From positions 138,559 to 202,558 of the forward strand of contig CAVWDM010000005.1 in the NCBI GenBank assembly GCA_963753755.1: DNA of 64,000 bases. The letters are read 5' to 3'. Positions 51,472 through 61,759 of the stretch are shown here, in pieces (positions within the stretch are counted from its first letter, which is position 1; every line of letters starts with the position of its first letter). The position numbers and the translations under genes are program-made. The notes under the pieces are model-generated. The model searched no databases and was not told where the DNA came from. It worked only from the letters and a program-made list of their open reading frames with translations. The DNA is from an uncultured Gammaproteobacteria bacterium (GTDB lineage: Bacteria > Pseudomonadota > Gammaproteobacteria > UBA9214).

Positions 51472-53103
51472 TCATGAGCGCAGCCCCCCGCGACGGCCGG
51501 GCAGGTCCCTAAACCGCGCCGGCCACACCCGATAGACCATGCGCTCCACGGGCAGATCGGTATACAGTCCGTTGTAGAGGTGCACATAGAGCCGCCGTAG
51601 CCAGGGCGCGTGTGTCCCGCTGGTGAGCACGGACTGGAAGTAGGACAAGCCCAGGAATACCACCGCCACCAGTCCGAGCAGGAGATAATAACCGGCCGTC
51701 ACCTCATGCGGAATGGGGTTCAGCACGCCCGTATAGACGGTGGCGAAAACTGTATGAAGACCGAAGTAGGCGGCCGTGACCAGCGCCGACACCGCAAGCA
51801 GACGTACTGACAGGGCGGCACCCGCCGAACCAGCGAGGAGCAGCTGAGCCACAGCCACCGCGACAATGGTGCCGATGGCAACCAAAGCAGGCTCATTGGC
51901 CGGAGTGATACCCCATGCGGCGGCCATGGCAAAAGTTACGGCCGCGCTCAGGCTCACGGCGACGCCCCATGCCAGCGGCGTCACACGCTTCCTGGATTTG
52001 GAACCGGGAGCCCGCAGCAAGTCCACCATGCTGCCGGATGACAGGAAGGCATGCGCCTTGTACAGCGAGTGAGTGATGAGGTGGAGCACGGCGAGGACGA
52101 ACAGACCGAGGCCGAGCTCGAGCAGCATAAAGCCGAGCTGGCCAGCGGTGGACCAAGCCAGAGAGCTTTTGATCGCAGTCTGGGTGAGCATTGCGAGTGA
52201 CGCGAGCACGGCGGTCATCAATCCTACGAGAGCGAGTGCCACTAGGGCATTGCCGTCCGCCAGGAGCAGCTCGTGGGTGCGCAGCACGATGATGGCCCCG
52301 CTGTAAACGATGCCGGCGTGGAGCAGGGCCGATACCGGGGTGGGGGCCTCCATCACCTGCAGCAGCCACCCGTGGAACGGGAACTGGCCGCTCTTCAGGA
52401 CGGCGAAAGCGACGATCAGCCAGGCCGCGAGATGCAGCTGCCAGCTCGGGTCCCCCTCCGCCGCCGTGGCCGCGATGACCTCGAACGACAGGGAGCGCTC
52501 GCTGGCGGCGATGAGCAGCGCGGCCGATAGCAGGCAGATATCCGCCATCCGGCTGAACAGGAGCTTCTTGTGCGCCACCATCTGGGCCGGCAGCCGGTCG
52601 CGGTAATGGGTCAGCAGCTGATTCAGCGCGGTGCTAGTGAGGATGATAGCGAGACCGAACATAAGCAAGTTGCCGGCGACCACGACCAGCATGAAGGCAC
52701 TGACGGTCAGCGCCAGCGACCGGAAGAAACGACCCTGCGTCGGCTCTCCGGCCAGATAGTTGGTGCTGTAGCGTGCGATAATCGCGGCGAGCAGGCACAC
52801 CATGGCCAGTACGGTGAAGGTCAGGTTATCTGCGAGCACCGACAGCGCCACGGGGATGCGACCTGTGTCGCTGCCGAGCACGACAAGGGTGGCTGGCGTC
52901 GTGGCTTCGTACAAATTGGCCGCGAGGGCCGCCACGAGGGTGCAAAGGAGACCTGCCAGCGCGGCGATCTGAATCAGCTGACCCATGGCCAGCGGATGCC
53001 GGCCAGCAAAGGCTGCTGGCGCGGCGGCAACCAGCAGCATCAGCCCGGGGCCGAGAAGCAGCAATGCTGCAGTAGAACTGACTAGACTCTCAATCACGTG
53101 CAA
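51472..53103 (-). CDS. dabB: NuoL/MnhA-like proton-pumping membrane subunit DabB
   Basis: 543-aa PF00361-type antiporter-like membrane protein upstream of the DUF2309 gene. Confidence 0.75.
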   Translation of the reverse strand: MHVIESLVSSTAALLLLGPGLMLLVAAAPAAFAGRHPLAMGQLIQIAALAGLLCTLVAALAANLYEATTPATLVVLGSDTGRIPVALSVLADNLTFTVLAMVCLLAAIIARYSTNYLAGEPTQGRFFRSLALTVSAFMLVVVAGNLLMFGLAIILTSTALNQLLTHYRDRLPAQMVAHKKLLFSRMADICLLSAALLIAASERSLSFEVIAATAAEGDPSWQLHLAAWLIVAFAVLKSGQFPFHGWLLQVMEAPTPVSALLHAGIVYSGAIIVLRTHELLLADGNALVALALVGLMTAVLASLAMLTQTAIKSSLAWSTAGQLGFMLLELGLGLFVLAVLHLITHSLYKAHAFLSSGSMVDLLRAPGSKSRKRVTPLAWGVAVSLSAAVTFAMAAAWGITPANEPALVAIGTIVAVAVAQLLLAGSAGAALSVRLLAVSALVTAAYFGLHTVFATVYTGVLNPIPHEVTAGYYLLLGLVAVVFLGLSYFQSVLTSGTHAPWLRRLYVHLYNGLYTDLPVERMVYRVWPARFRDLPGRRGGLRS

Positions 53104-53271
53104 CCCCGCCGTCGCTGGGACAGTATGGCATGTCGCTGTCGGATACTTTGACTTAACTCTAGGCGGCTGATCCCATCAATAACAATAGATAATTTCTATA
53201 TTTTTTATCGTTTATCGACTATGGAACAGACAGCTGGGCTGTCACGATGCCATGCGTCCCCCCTCGCGGGT

Positions 53272-54168
53272 AGCGTAAGGCTTACATCCGCAAGCTCTTC
53301 GCCCGACTCGCCCGTTGGTTTGTGCGTCGGCTGTGGTCCCAGCGTTACAAGCGCTGGCGTAACTACGGTTGGCGGTATCTTCCGGAGCGTCGGCTCTATG
53401 GCGAGTACGGGCTTGTGAATCTTATTGCGCAGATTCCTTCCTTGAATCTTCGGGCGACATCTCTATAGGGAAGGCGGGATTCCAGGACACGCATTGGCAA
53501 GTGTTCTGGAGTGCTTCCGGGGTTCGTACCGTCGGCATGCAGTCGAGGGATTTCATGTGAACAAGGGAGGTCCATCAGGTTCAAGCGGAGCTTGTAGGCT
53601 CGGACAAGCTGACAAAGCGAGGAAGATCCGATGGCCTGACGGAAGTCAGACTGGCTGATAGTACTCCGAGGTCGGGAGAGCCGATCACATGCGCAAGCGA
53701 CTGGGGAAGTTTGGACTGGGACTGGAACCAACGAAGACAAAACGCGTGAAATCTGGCCGCTTTGGTAAACGGCATGCAAGCAAACGAGGGAGAAGACGCC
53801 CGGAGACGATCTACTTTCTGGGTTTTACTCTCTATTGCATGCAAAACCGAAAGGGCAACTTCAAGGTGGGGTTGCGTACCGAGGAGTCTCAGCTTCAGCG
53901 TAGCTTGTCCCGCCTGCGCGACCTGATGCGGCGAATGCGTCATCTGAAGCTTCAGAAACAGGTCATCAATATGAACCGGGTCTTGCATGGTCTCTATGCC
54001 TAGTATGGCATTGCCGGTAACCTTCGTGCCTTGCAGAAAGTGTATCGGTTCGTAGGAAGGTACTGGCGAAAGATGCTTTGCAATCGGAGTCGTAAAGGTA
54101 ATGTCCCGTGGGAGGTTTTCCAGCGGTGGCAAATCAACGCTACTGGGTATCAGCAAACGCGGTGACGT
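53272..54168 (+). pseudogene. 5'-truncated, frameshifted group-II-intron-like (G2L/YkfC-type) reverse transcriptase remnant with an in-frame stop
   Basis: 53689..54003 encodes ...RLGKFGLGLEPTKTKRVKSGRFGKRH...ETIYFLGFTLYCMQNRKGNFK...NRVLHGLYA*. After a TAG in place of Tyr it continues YGIAGNLRALQKVYRFVGRYWRKML.... Upstream frames hold ...RLARWFVRRLWSQRYKRW... and a degraded YADD-region (SYRRHAVEGFH). Motifs 0-3 are absent. Confidence 0.5.
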
Positions 54169-54355
54169 TTATTTGCGTTCGTTGCTGAGCCATGGGGCGA
54201 GGTCCGTGATACGGTATGCGGAACCCAAAGCGGCCCCGGATAGTTGGTTAAGGAAGCTGCTGGCAAGGCGGCACAGGAACGTGGCGACGGTTGCCCTGGC
54301 GAATAAGAATGCCCGGGTTATTTGGGCACTGCTTACGCGTGGGGAGGAATTTTAG
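54101..54355 (+). mobile_element. IS110-family transposase C-terminal fragment (remnant)
   Basis: ...SSGGKSTLLGISKRGDVYLRSLLSHGARSVIRY...NVATVALANKNARVIWALLTRGEEF matches the conserved IS110/IS902 transposase C-terminus. No DEDD N-terminal domain is present. Confidence 0.55.
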
Positions 54356-54747
54356 CCAGATTTCTGCATTGCCACGCAGGCCGCTGTAGTGTAACGATTT
54401 GGCAGATAAACCGGTTATATAGTGAGGTAAACCACCGATTGCTCAGGTGATCAAGAAATGATGGCGAGACAGGTCAGACCGGGGTTATGAGAACCTGACA
54501 CCGGCTATGCACGATCCAGTGCGGGGCTTTAGTAAGGACATAATCAGCAGATTCCATCAGGGACAGAAGCGATATGCTTGATAGAAGTCCGGATGTATAG
54601 CTGCAATCTTGAACTACTCGAAATCGTTGATTGAAAGCTTGGCATACAGTGGGCGTCCATGTACAGGCAGTGGTTGTTTGTCTGCCAAGTATTCATGACT
54701 CCCTTGATAGGCCACTCCCCGTTGGTCTTCACGAGTGTTGTTCCTTG

Positions 54748-55650
54748 CTACCTGCCCCCTGTTTCGGCTTCCGGCAGGCGCGTCATGTCCACCGACACTT
54801 GCGGTTTGTGCCCCGGATCGCCGCCGAAGATTACACCCTTGAGCGGCGTCACATCGGCGTAGTCCCGTCCCCAGGCCGTGGTGATGTGCTGGTCCAGTGG
54901 CACACTGTTGTTGGTAGGATCAAAGTCATGCCAGCCAACATCGGGCAGATACACCGAGAACCAGGCATGGGACTCGTCGGCCCCCCGTTGCTTGGCCTGA
55001 CCCGGTGGCGGGTGGGTTTCGAGATAGCCGCTGACGTAGCGCGCCGCCAGTCCGAGGCTGCGCAGGCTGGCAATCGCCAGGTGGGCAAAGTCCTGGCACA
55101 CACCCCGACGATTGGAGAGCACATCGGCCAGTGGAGTGGAGACGGTGGAAAAATGCGGGTCGTAGGTGAAATCATGGTGTACCCGCTCCATCAGTTCACG
55201 CACGGCCTCCAGCAGGGGCCGGGCAGGCGGGAACGACGTGGCTGCGTACTCGGCCAGCTGCGGTGACGTTGCGGCCAGCGGCGAGTCAAGCACGAATTGC
55301 AGGTTCTCACGATCGCTGTCGGTTTGTGCTTCCACCAGTCGCAGCCTCACCTGGTCCCAGGGCATGCCCCTGTCGAGCGCCAGCTGAGCGTTGCCGGTCT
55401 CCAGTTGTATCTCGCTGGTTGCCGTAACCGTAAGGGTCTGGTGCGGCTGCGTGATGGAAAAGTAGTTGACGTGGTTGCCGAAGAAATCCTCGTGCTCGGC
55501 AAGGTCCATAGGCAAGGGGTCGATCTGCAGGCGATAGCCCAGGCACTGCTGCGCGGCCAGGTTGCGGGGCCGCAGGTGGGCCAGGTTGTGACACTGGCTG
55601 ACGGTGATGCCGTAGAAGTACTCGGTCTTGTGCACAACGCGGTATTTCAT
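54748..55650 (-). CDS. transglutaminase-like cysteine protease family protein (Bact_transglu_N + TGc core)
   Basis: N-terminal MKYRVVHKTEYFY... and a TGc catalytic Cys region (GVCQDFAHLAIASLRSLGLAARYVSGY). ATGA overlap with the upstream gene. Confidence 0.75.
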   Translation of the reverse strand: MKYRVVHKTEYFYGITVSQCHNLAHLRPRNLAAQQCLGYRLQIDPLPMDLAEHEDFFGNHVNYFSITQPHQTLTVTATSEIQLETGNAQLALDRGMPWDQVRLRLVEAQTDSDRENLQFVLDSPLAATSPQLAEYAATSFPPARPLLEAVRELMERVHHDFTYDPHFSTVSTPLADVLSNRRGVCQDFAHLAIASLRSLGLAARYVSGYLETHPPPGQAKQRGADESHAWFSVYLPDVGWHDFDPTNNSVPLDQHITTAWGRDYADVTPLKGVIFGGDPGHKPQVSVDMTRLPEAETGGR

Positions 55651-58214
55651 GGCCGTTGCGTGTCTTTATCGACCAGCTGGTAGGGCCGCTGGGTATGGGT
55701 GAAATAGGTGGCCGAAAGGGCGATCGAGGTTTCGCTCAGGCTATGGCCCAATCCGGCGAGCAGGGTATCGAGCCGTGGCCGGGTACCGCCATCGGCGTCA
55801 GTCAGTTCCTCGGCATCTGCCAGATTGAGCAGGTTGGTGGCCTCAAGGATGAGGCGCATTTCCTTCTTGTAGGGACGTACACCCTGTCCAGGCAGTACTG
55901 CGAGGTGCTGACGGGCGGCATTTAACTGGTAAATGAGAGAACGGCTGTTGGTTTCATCCAGTAGCAGCAGGTCGAGCGTGGCCTCGAACTGCGGCCGATT
56001 CCGAAAACGGCGTCGATAGAGAGTCAGGCTCTCGGCAACAGCCAGCACCGACTCCAGCAACAGAACCTCAACCTCCGCGGTCTCGCGGGATGCCAGCACG
56101 GCACGCAGCAGCGCAATCAGCAACAGTGCGCGCTCGATGCGTCTGCCGAGGTTGAGAAAGTGCCAGCCGAGGTCGCGGCTCATGCTCTCGCTGGCGGCGC
56201 CGGCAATGGCCATCAGGGCGGTGATGATACGGTCCTGGGCACCCTGCAGGAACTGCAGGTCGCCAGGTTCTTGCTGCGACAGGCTGGCCAGTTCATCACC
56301 GATGTCATTGAATACCCGGCGCGTGTCCACTGAAAACAGGTTGCGTACGGCATAGGCCGCGTTCAGGCAGGCTGCCAGGTTGGCAGCCAGGGTTCCGGTG
56401 CGCTGCTTGTTGCATATCAAGCCGGTGATCTCTGCCGTTGGCTCGGCCAGCCGGGCTTCTGAGCCGGCCCCGGTGAAACCGGGGTAGGTCATGCTCATGT
56501 GCGTCAGTCCCCGCAGCAGCACGACGAGTGTTGCCTGGTTTACCGGGTCCTCCAGCTGCAGGATTTCATTGCGGCGCTTGTGAATATTGCGGATCAGCCG
56601 GATTATGTTTTCGGCACGCTCGGCATAGCGTGCCAGCCAGAACAGGTTCTCGGCGGCGACACCGGGCAGGGTTTCCTGCATCTGGTGGTAGGCGAGCTGG
56701 GTCTGTGGCAGCAGTGTATCGATCTGCTCGGGCTCAGAGGCCAGTACCCAGGTGTCCTTGCTGATGGCGCCGGCCTGGTTGGTGACAATGCGACTTTCCG
56801 GCTGCTCGCCGACGCGGGTCAGTCCGCCGGGCATCACCACGAAACTGTCCTGCGAGGCCGTCATGAAGGTCCGCAGTATGCTTTGACGCGGCTCCAGCAG
56901 GCCGTTGCGCAGTGTCGGTGCCGAGGAGGGCGGCAGTTGTTCCTGGCCGACATACAGATGTGGCTGTGCGCGGATCCGCTCGCGCCATGATGCCAGTGCT
57001 GCGTTGTCAAGCTGGTCGCCAAAGATCGTTTTGCTGCCGGCGGCGCGGTTGGTCGAGCGCAGTACCAGGCTGGGCAGGTTGGCGAGTACGTAGTCCAGCT
57101 CACGCGGCTGTCCGCACCACCAGGTGGCTACCGAGGGCAGGCGCAGCTCCTGTCCCAGTAAATGCCTTGCAAGTCGGGGGAGAAACGCCATCAGGCCGGG
57201 GTTCTCCAGGACGCCGGCACCGAGTGGATTGGCAACCGCGACACGCCCCCTGCGCACAACTTCTACCAGTCCCGGGATGCCAAGCAGCGAGTCCGGACGC
57301 AGTTCCAGTGGATCGCAGTAATGATCGTCGACGCGTCTCAGGATGACGTCCACCGGTTCCAGACCGCTGACGGACTTGAGCCAGATACGACCGTCGCGCA
57401 CGGTCAGGTTGGCACCCTCGATGAGAGTGTAATCAAGGTAGTTAGCCAGGTGCAGATGCTCGAAATAGGTTTCATTGTGCGCCCCGGGTGTCATGATCAC
57501 CACCCGTGGGGCATCGCGCCCGCCCTTCGGTGCCAGCGCTGCCAGTGATTCCCTCAATCGCCGGAAGAAGGGCGCCAGCCGGTGCGGGTGGGAGTCGCGA
57601 AACAGGCTCGGTATCAGCCTAGACATGACGGTGCGGTTTTCCAGGGCATAGCCCATACCCGAGGGGGACTGGCTGTGGTCTTTCAGGACCCTGAAGTGGC
57701 CATCCGTGCAGCGCACCAGGTCTGCAGCGCAGAGGGTCAGCCCCGGTGCACTGCTGGCAGGTGGGACCACGCAGGCGCGCAGGAAGCCGGGGTCGGCATA
57801 GACCAGATTCGCAGGGATCAGGCCTTTTCTGATGAGGCTGCGTGGTCCATAGAGATCGCGCAGGATCAGGTTGAGCAGCTCTGCCCGTTGTATAAGGCCG
57901 GCCTCGATGCCGGCCCACTCGCTGCTGCTTATCAGCAGCGGTACCGGGTCGAGTGGCCACGTCCGGTTGAGTCCGTCCAGGGCACCATAGATATTGTAAG
58001 TGGCGCCGTCACTGCGCAGCATCTGCACCGTGTCGCGCTGCCGCTGCTGCAGTGCCTCGGGGCCCATGGTATCCAGTGAATCGATCAGGTAGCGCCAGTG
58101 CTTGCGTACCTTGCCCTGCCCGGTGCACATCTCGTCATAGCCCGTCGACGACTGCCGGTAGGCCGGACAAACGGCGCTGCGCTGTGGTGTGTTGCTCACT
58201 TGTGAATCAGTCAC
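55647..58214 (-). CDS. circularly permuted type-2 ATP-grasp domain fused to an alpha-E domain (855 aa)
   Basis: N-terminal CP-ATP-grasp (DUF404/DUF407-like: ...YDEMCTGQGKVRKHWRYL...ATYNIYG...). C-terminal alpha-E-like region (...WHFLNLGRRIERALLLIALLRAVL...). Confidence 0.65.
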   Translation of the reverse strand: MTDSQVSNTPQRSAVCPAYRQSSTGYDEMCTGQGKVRKHWRYLIDSLDTMGPEALQQRQRDTVQMLRSDGATYNIYGALDGLNRTWPLDPVPLLISSSEWAGIEAGLIQRAELLNLILRDLYGPRSLIRKGLIPANLVYADPGFLRACVVPPASSAPGLTLCAADLVRCTDGHFRVLKDHSQSPSGMGYALENRTVMSRLIPSLFRDSHPHRLAPFFRRLRESLAALAPKGGRDAPRVVIMTPGAHNETYFEHLHLANYLDYTLIEGANLTVRDGRIWLKSVSGLEPVDVILRRVDDHYCDPLELRPDSLLGIPGLVEVVRRGRVAVANPLGAGVLENPGLMAFLPRLARHLLGQELRLPSVATWWCGQPRELDYVLANLPSLVLRSTNRAAGSKTIFGDQLDNAALASWRERIRAQPHLYVGQEQLPPSSAPTLRNGLLEPRQSILRTFMTASQDSFVVMPGGLTRVGEQPESRIVTNQAGAISKDTWVLASEPEQIDTLLPQTQLAYHQMQETLPGVAAENLFWLARYAERAENIIRLIRNIHKRRNEILQLEDPVNQATLVVLLRGLTHMSMTYPGFTGAGSEARLAEPTAEITGLICNKQRTGTLAANLAACLNAAYAVRNLFSVDTRRVFNDIGDELASLSQQEPGDLQFLQGAQDRIITALMAIAGAASESMSRDLGWHFLNLGRRIERALLLIALLRAVLASRETAEVEVLLLESVLAVAESLTLYRRRFRNRPQFEATLDLLLLDETNSRSLIYQLNAARQHLAVLPGQGVRPYKKEMRLILEATNLLNLADAEELTDADGGTRPRLDTLLAGLGHSLSETSIALSATYFTHTQRPYQLVDKDTQRP

Positions 58215-61200
58215 ATTTGTTACGGTATCTCAGATCCAGTGTGCCAGGGTACTCCGGATTGATTTCCTCCGCAGGGGGTGCCATGGGTCCGGGGACGTGA
58301 CCCTCGGGGAAAAATTTCGCCAGCTGCGCAGAATCCGGTGGTGGCCTAAGGGGGCCGGCATGGTGGCCATGACTCCAGAAACGGCTGAAGCGGCGCGTTT
58401 CGGCCTCGTAGGCATTCACCGGGAACACGTCATAGTGCCGCCCGCCCGGGTGCGCCACGTGGTAGGTGCAGCCGCCGATGGAACGGCCATTCCAGGTATC
58501 GATGATATCAAAGACCAGCGGTGAATGACTGCCGATGGTGGGGTGCAATGCCGAGGGCGGCTGCCAGGCACGGAAACGTACGCCTGCGACGTATTCGCCA
58601 TGGGTGCCGGTATTGCGTAACGGTACCCGGCGATCATTGCAGGTCACCACGAAACGTTCGTGTTTCAGCCCTGTGACCTTGACCTGCACGCGCTCCACCG
58701 AGGAGTCAACGAAACGCGCGGTCCCCTGGCTGCTCATCTCCTCGCCGAGTACGTGCCACGGCTCCAGCGCAGCATTCAGATCAAGGCGGATATCCTGCAC
58801 GCTGATCGCACCGTAGTGCGGAAAGCGGAACTCCAGGAACGGCGCCAGCCATTCCAGCTGGAACGGGTAACCGTCGCGCTGTAACTCGCACACCACGTCC
58901 TTCATATCCGACCACACGTAGTGGGGCAGCATGAAGCGGTCGTGCAGTTCGGTACCCCAGCGCACCAGCCGGTGCCGGTAGGGCCGCTTCCAGAAGCGCG
59001 CAATCAGGGTGCGCAGCAGCAGCATCTGCACCAGGCTCATGCGCGCATGGGGCGGCATCTCGAAGGCGCGGAATTCCACCAGTCCGAGGCGTCCGGTCGA
59101 CGAGTCCGGCGAGTACAGCTTGTCGATGCAGAACTCTGCCCGGTGCGTATTGCCGGTGATGTCAACCAGCAGGTTTCGCAGCAGGCGGTCTACCAGCCAG
59201 GGTTGCTGGACATCGCCCTCGGGCATTTGCTGAAAGGCGATCTCCAGTTCATAGAGATTTTCGTCGCGGGCCTCGTCGACCCGTGGTGCCTGGCTGGTGG
59301 GACCGATGAACATGCCGGAGAACAGTGTGGACAGGCCGGGGTGATGCTGCCAGTACGTCAGCAGGCTGCGCAACAGGTCGGGGCGCCGCAGAAACGGGCT
59401 GTCGGCCGGGGTGGCGCCACCTAGCGTGACATGGTTGCCGCCACCGGTGCCGGTATGACGACCGTCGAGCAGGAACTTCTCCGTCCCGAGCCGTGCCAGG
59501 CGTGCCTCGGCATAGAGGGTTTCGGTGCATTCGGCAAGCTCTTCCCAGTTATTCGCCGGGTGGATGTTGACCTCGATGACGCCCGGATCGGGGGTGACGG
59601 CCAGTTTGCGAATGCGCCAGTCCCGCGGTGGTTCGTAACCTTCGATACGCACCGGTGTCTGCAGCTTTGCAGCGGTCAATTCGATGGCAGCGAGCAGTTC
59701 CAGGTAATGTTCAATGTGGGAGAGTGGCGGCATGAACACCCGCAACATGCCCTTGCGTGCCTCGACGCACAGGGCGGTGTGGATGACCTCGATGCGTTGC
59801 CGTGTGCGTTTGCCGTTGTCCGCTGCTTGCTGTTGCCTTATTTCCGGATGGGTGTCCACTGCCGCCTCGAAATGGCTGAAACGGCGCATCACCTCGCCAT
59901 AGTAATCCCCCAGTGGCGGGCGCGGTTCAAACAGGTCGCGTTGCGGCTCGATATCGCGCTCCTCCTCGGCGACCCAGGGCAGGGCATCGAGTGGCAGTCG
60001 CAGTCCCATGGGTGAATCACCGGGTGCCAGGAACATGTGGCCGCGACGAAAGCACCAGCTGCAGCTTTGCCAGCCGTTGTTGGCTTCGTCGCGGCGCAAC
60101 GGCAGCGCGAAGCCCGCAGGTTTGCCGAGATCGCCGGCAAGCAGTTCCACCAGTCGGCGGCGCTCGTCCGGTTTTTTCAGGTCAGTGCCGAGCAGGTCCA
60201 CATTGACGGGTTGTTCCCCTTCTTTCCACAGGTAGTAAAGGGTGTCCTCGTAGGCCGGCAACAGGTATTTTTCCGCCAGGCCCAGCCTGCGCGTCAGTGC
60301 TGCAGCAAACTGCTGTGCCTCGGCCGGTCCGCTGCCGTAATCGACACCGTCCTGCGCCATCAGTTTCGGGTCCTGCCATAGCGGTTCATTATCGACCCGC
60401 CAGAAGCAGTTCAGCGACCAGCGTGGTATCGGTTCGCCCGGATACCACTTGCCCTGGCCGTAGTGCAGCAGTCCGCCGGGTGCAAAGCGTTGCCACAGGC
60501 GCAGCAGCAGGTCACCCGCCAGTTCACGCTTGTGCTTGCCCAGCGCGGCGTCATTCCACTGCGTCGATTCCATGTCATCGATGGAGACGAAGGTCGGTTC
60601 GCCGCCGAGGGTAAGGCGTACATCGCTCGCGACCAGGTCGGCATCGACCTTGCGTCCCAGGGCCTGGATGGTTTGCCACTGGGATTCGGTATAGGGCTTG
60701 GTGACCCGTGGATCTTCATGGATGCGTTGCACGTGGTTGTGAAAGCTGAATTCCACTTCGCATTCATCGGTGGCACCGGTGATCGGTGCGGCGCTGACGG
60801 GGTGTGGTGTACAGGCCAGCGGGATATGACCCTCGCCGGCAAACAGGCCGGAGGTCGGATCCAGCCCCAGCCAGCCGGCGCCCGGTATATATACCTCGGC
60901 CCAGGCGTGCAGGTCGGTGAAATCATGATCGGTGCCAGAGGGGCCATCCAGCGATTTTTCGTCGGGTGTCAGTTGTAGCAGATAGCCGGAGACGAAGCGT
61001 GCCGCCAGCCCGAGGTGGCGCAGGATCTGTACCAGCAGCCAGCCGCTGTCGCGGCAGGAGCCGAGGGCTTTTTCAAGGGTGTACTCGCAGCGCTGGATAC
61101 CCGGTTCCATACGGATGGAGTAGTCGATATCCTGCTGCAGGCGCTTGTTGAGATCGACCAGGAAGTTATTGGTTTCCTGACGCGAACGGTCGACGGCCGC

Positions 61201-61593
61201 CAGCCATTTGTGCAAGCGCGGGCCGTCTTCGGTGATTTCCAGGTAGGGGGCCAGTTCCTTGCGCAAACCCGCGGTATATTCGAAAGGGTAATGCGTGGCA
61301 TATTTTTCCACGAAGAAATCGAACGGGTTGATGGTCACGATTTCTGCCACCAGGTCCACCTCGAAGGATATTTCCGTCACTGGCTCGGGGAACACCAGGC
61401 GTGCGAGGTAATTCCCGAAGGGATCCTGTTGCCAGTTGATAAAGTGTTCCTTCGGCAGCACCTTGAGTGAGTAGGACTCTATCGGGGTACGGGTATGCGG
61501 TGCCGGGCGCAGTCGCACCACATGGGGTGACGCCTTGACCGGCCGGTCGAAGCGGTATTCGGTCTTGTGATTGATTGCGACTCTGATTGCCAT
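58207..61593 (-). CDS. large transglutaminase-like superfamily protein (Bact_transglu_N + TGc + DUF2126), 1128 aa
   Basis: MAIRVAINHKTEYRFDRPV... N-terminus, TGc Cys region (LGSCRDSGWLLVQILRHLGLAARFVSGYL), and a long DUF2126-like C-terminus. First gene of a three-gene operon with overlapping junctions. Confidence 0.65.
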   Translation of the reverse strand: MAIRVAINHKTEYRFDRPVKASPHVVRLRPAPHTRTPIESYSLKVLPKEHFINWQQDPFGNYLARLVFPEPVTEISFEVDLVAEIVTINPFDFFVEKYATHYPFEYTAGLRKELAPYLEITEDGPRLHKWLAAVDRSRQETNNFLVDLNKRLQQDIDYSIRMEPGIQRCEYTLEKALGSCRDSGWLLVQILRHLGLAARFVSGYLLQLTPDEKSLDGPSGTDHDFTDLHAWAEVYIPGAGWLGLDPTSGLFAGEGHIPLACTPHPVSAAPITGATDECEVEFSFHNHVQRIHEDPRVTKPYTESQWQTIQALGRKVDADLVASDVRLTLGGEPTFVSIDDMESTQWNDAALGKHKRELAGDLLLRLWQRFAPGGLLHYGQGKWYPGEPIPRWSLNCFWRVDNEPLWQDPKLMAQDGVDYGSGPAEAQQFAAALTRRLGLAEKYLLPAYEDTLYYLWKEGEQPVNVDLLGTDLKKPDERRRLVELLAGDLGKPAGFALPLRRDEANNGWQSCSWCFRRGHMFLAPGDSPMGLRLPLDALPWVAEEERDIEPQRDLFEPRPPLGDYYGEVMRRFSHFEAAVDTHPEIRQQQAADNGKRTRQRIEVIHTALCVEARKGMLRVFMPPLSHIEHYLELLAAIELTAAKLQTPVRIEGYEPPRDWRIRKLAVTPDPGVIEVNIHPANNWEELAECTETLYAEARLARLGTEKFLLDGRHTGTGGGNHVTLGGATPADSPFLRRPDLLRSLLTYWQHHPGLSTLFSGMFIGPTSQAPRVDEARDENLYELEIAFQQMPEGDVQQPWLVDRLLRNLLVDITGNTHRAEFCIDKLYSPDSSTGRLGLVEFRAFEMPPHARMSLVQMLLLRTLIARFWKRPYRHRLVRWGTELHDRFMLPHYVWSDMKDVVCELQRDGYPFQLEWLAPFLEFRFPHYGAISVQDIRLDLNAALEPWHVLGEEMSSQGTARFVDSSVERVQVKVTGLKHERFVVTCNDRRVPLRNTGTHGEYVAGVRFRAWQPPSALHPTIGSHSPLVFDIIDTWNGRSIGGCTYHVAHPGGRHYDVFPVNAYEAETRRFSRFWSHGHHAGPLRPPPDSAQLAKFFPEGHVPGPMAPPAEEINPEYPGTLDLRYRNKCD

Positions 61594-61759
61594 TCCACAG
61601 CTGCCTCGTTCGTTTAATTATTCATTACTATGCACTATTTCGGGCACATAGGGGTGCCCGGCGTTTACATGGCCGTGGAAAGTTTATCTACAGCCGCTGC
61701 CGCGGCAATCATCACTGTTGACGGTTTACTGTAAAGTGCTGTGCCAACCGTCCATCCCG

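Noticed and set aside
54631-58079. Plus-strand ORFs antisense to the transglutaminase/ATP-grasp operon (e.g. 54631..55266, 56499..56990, 57582..58079)
   Set aside because: The opposite strand encodes a continuous, overlapping three-gene operon with recognisable domains.
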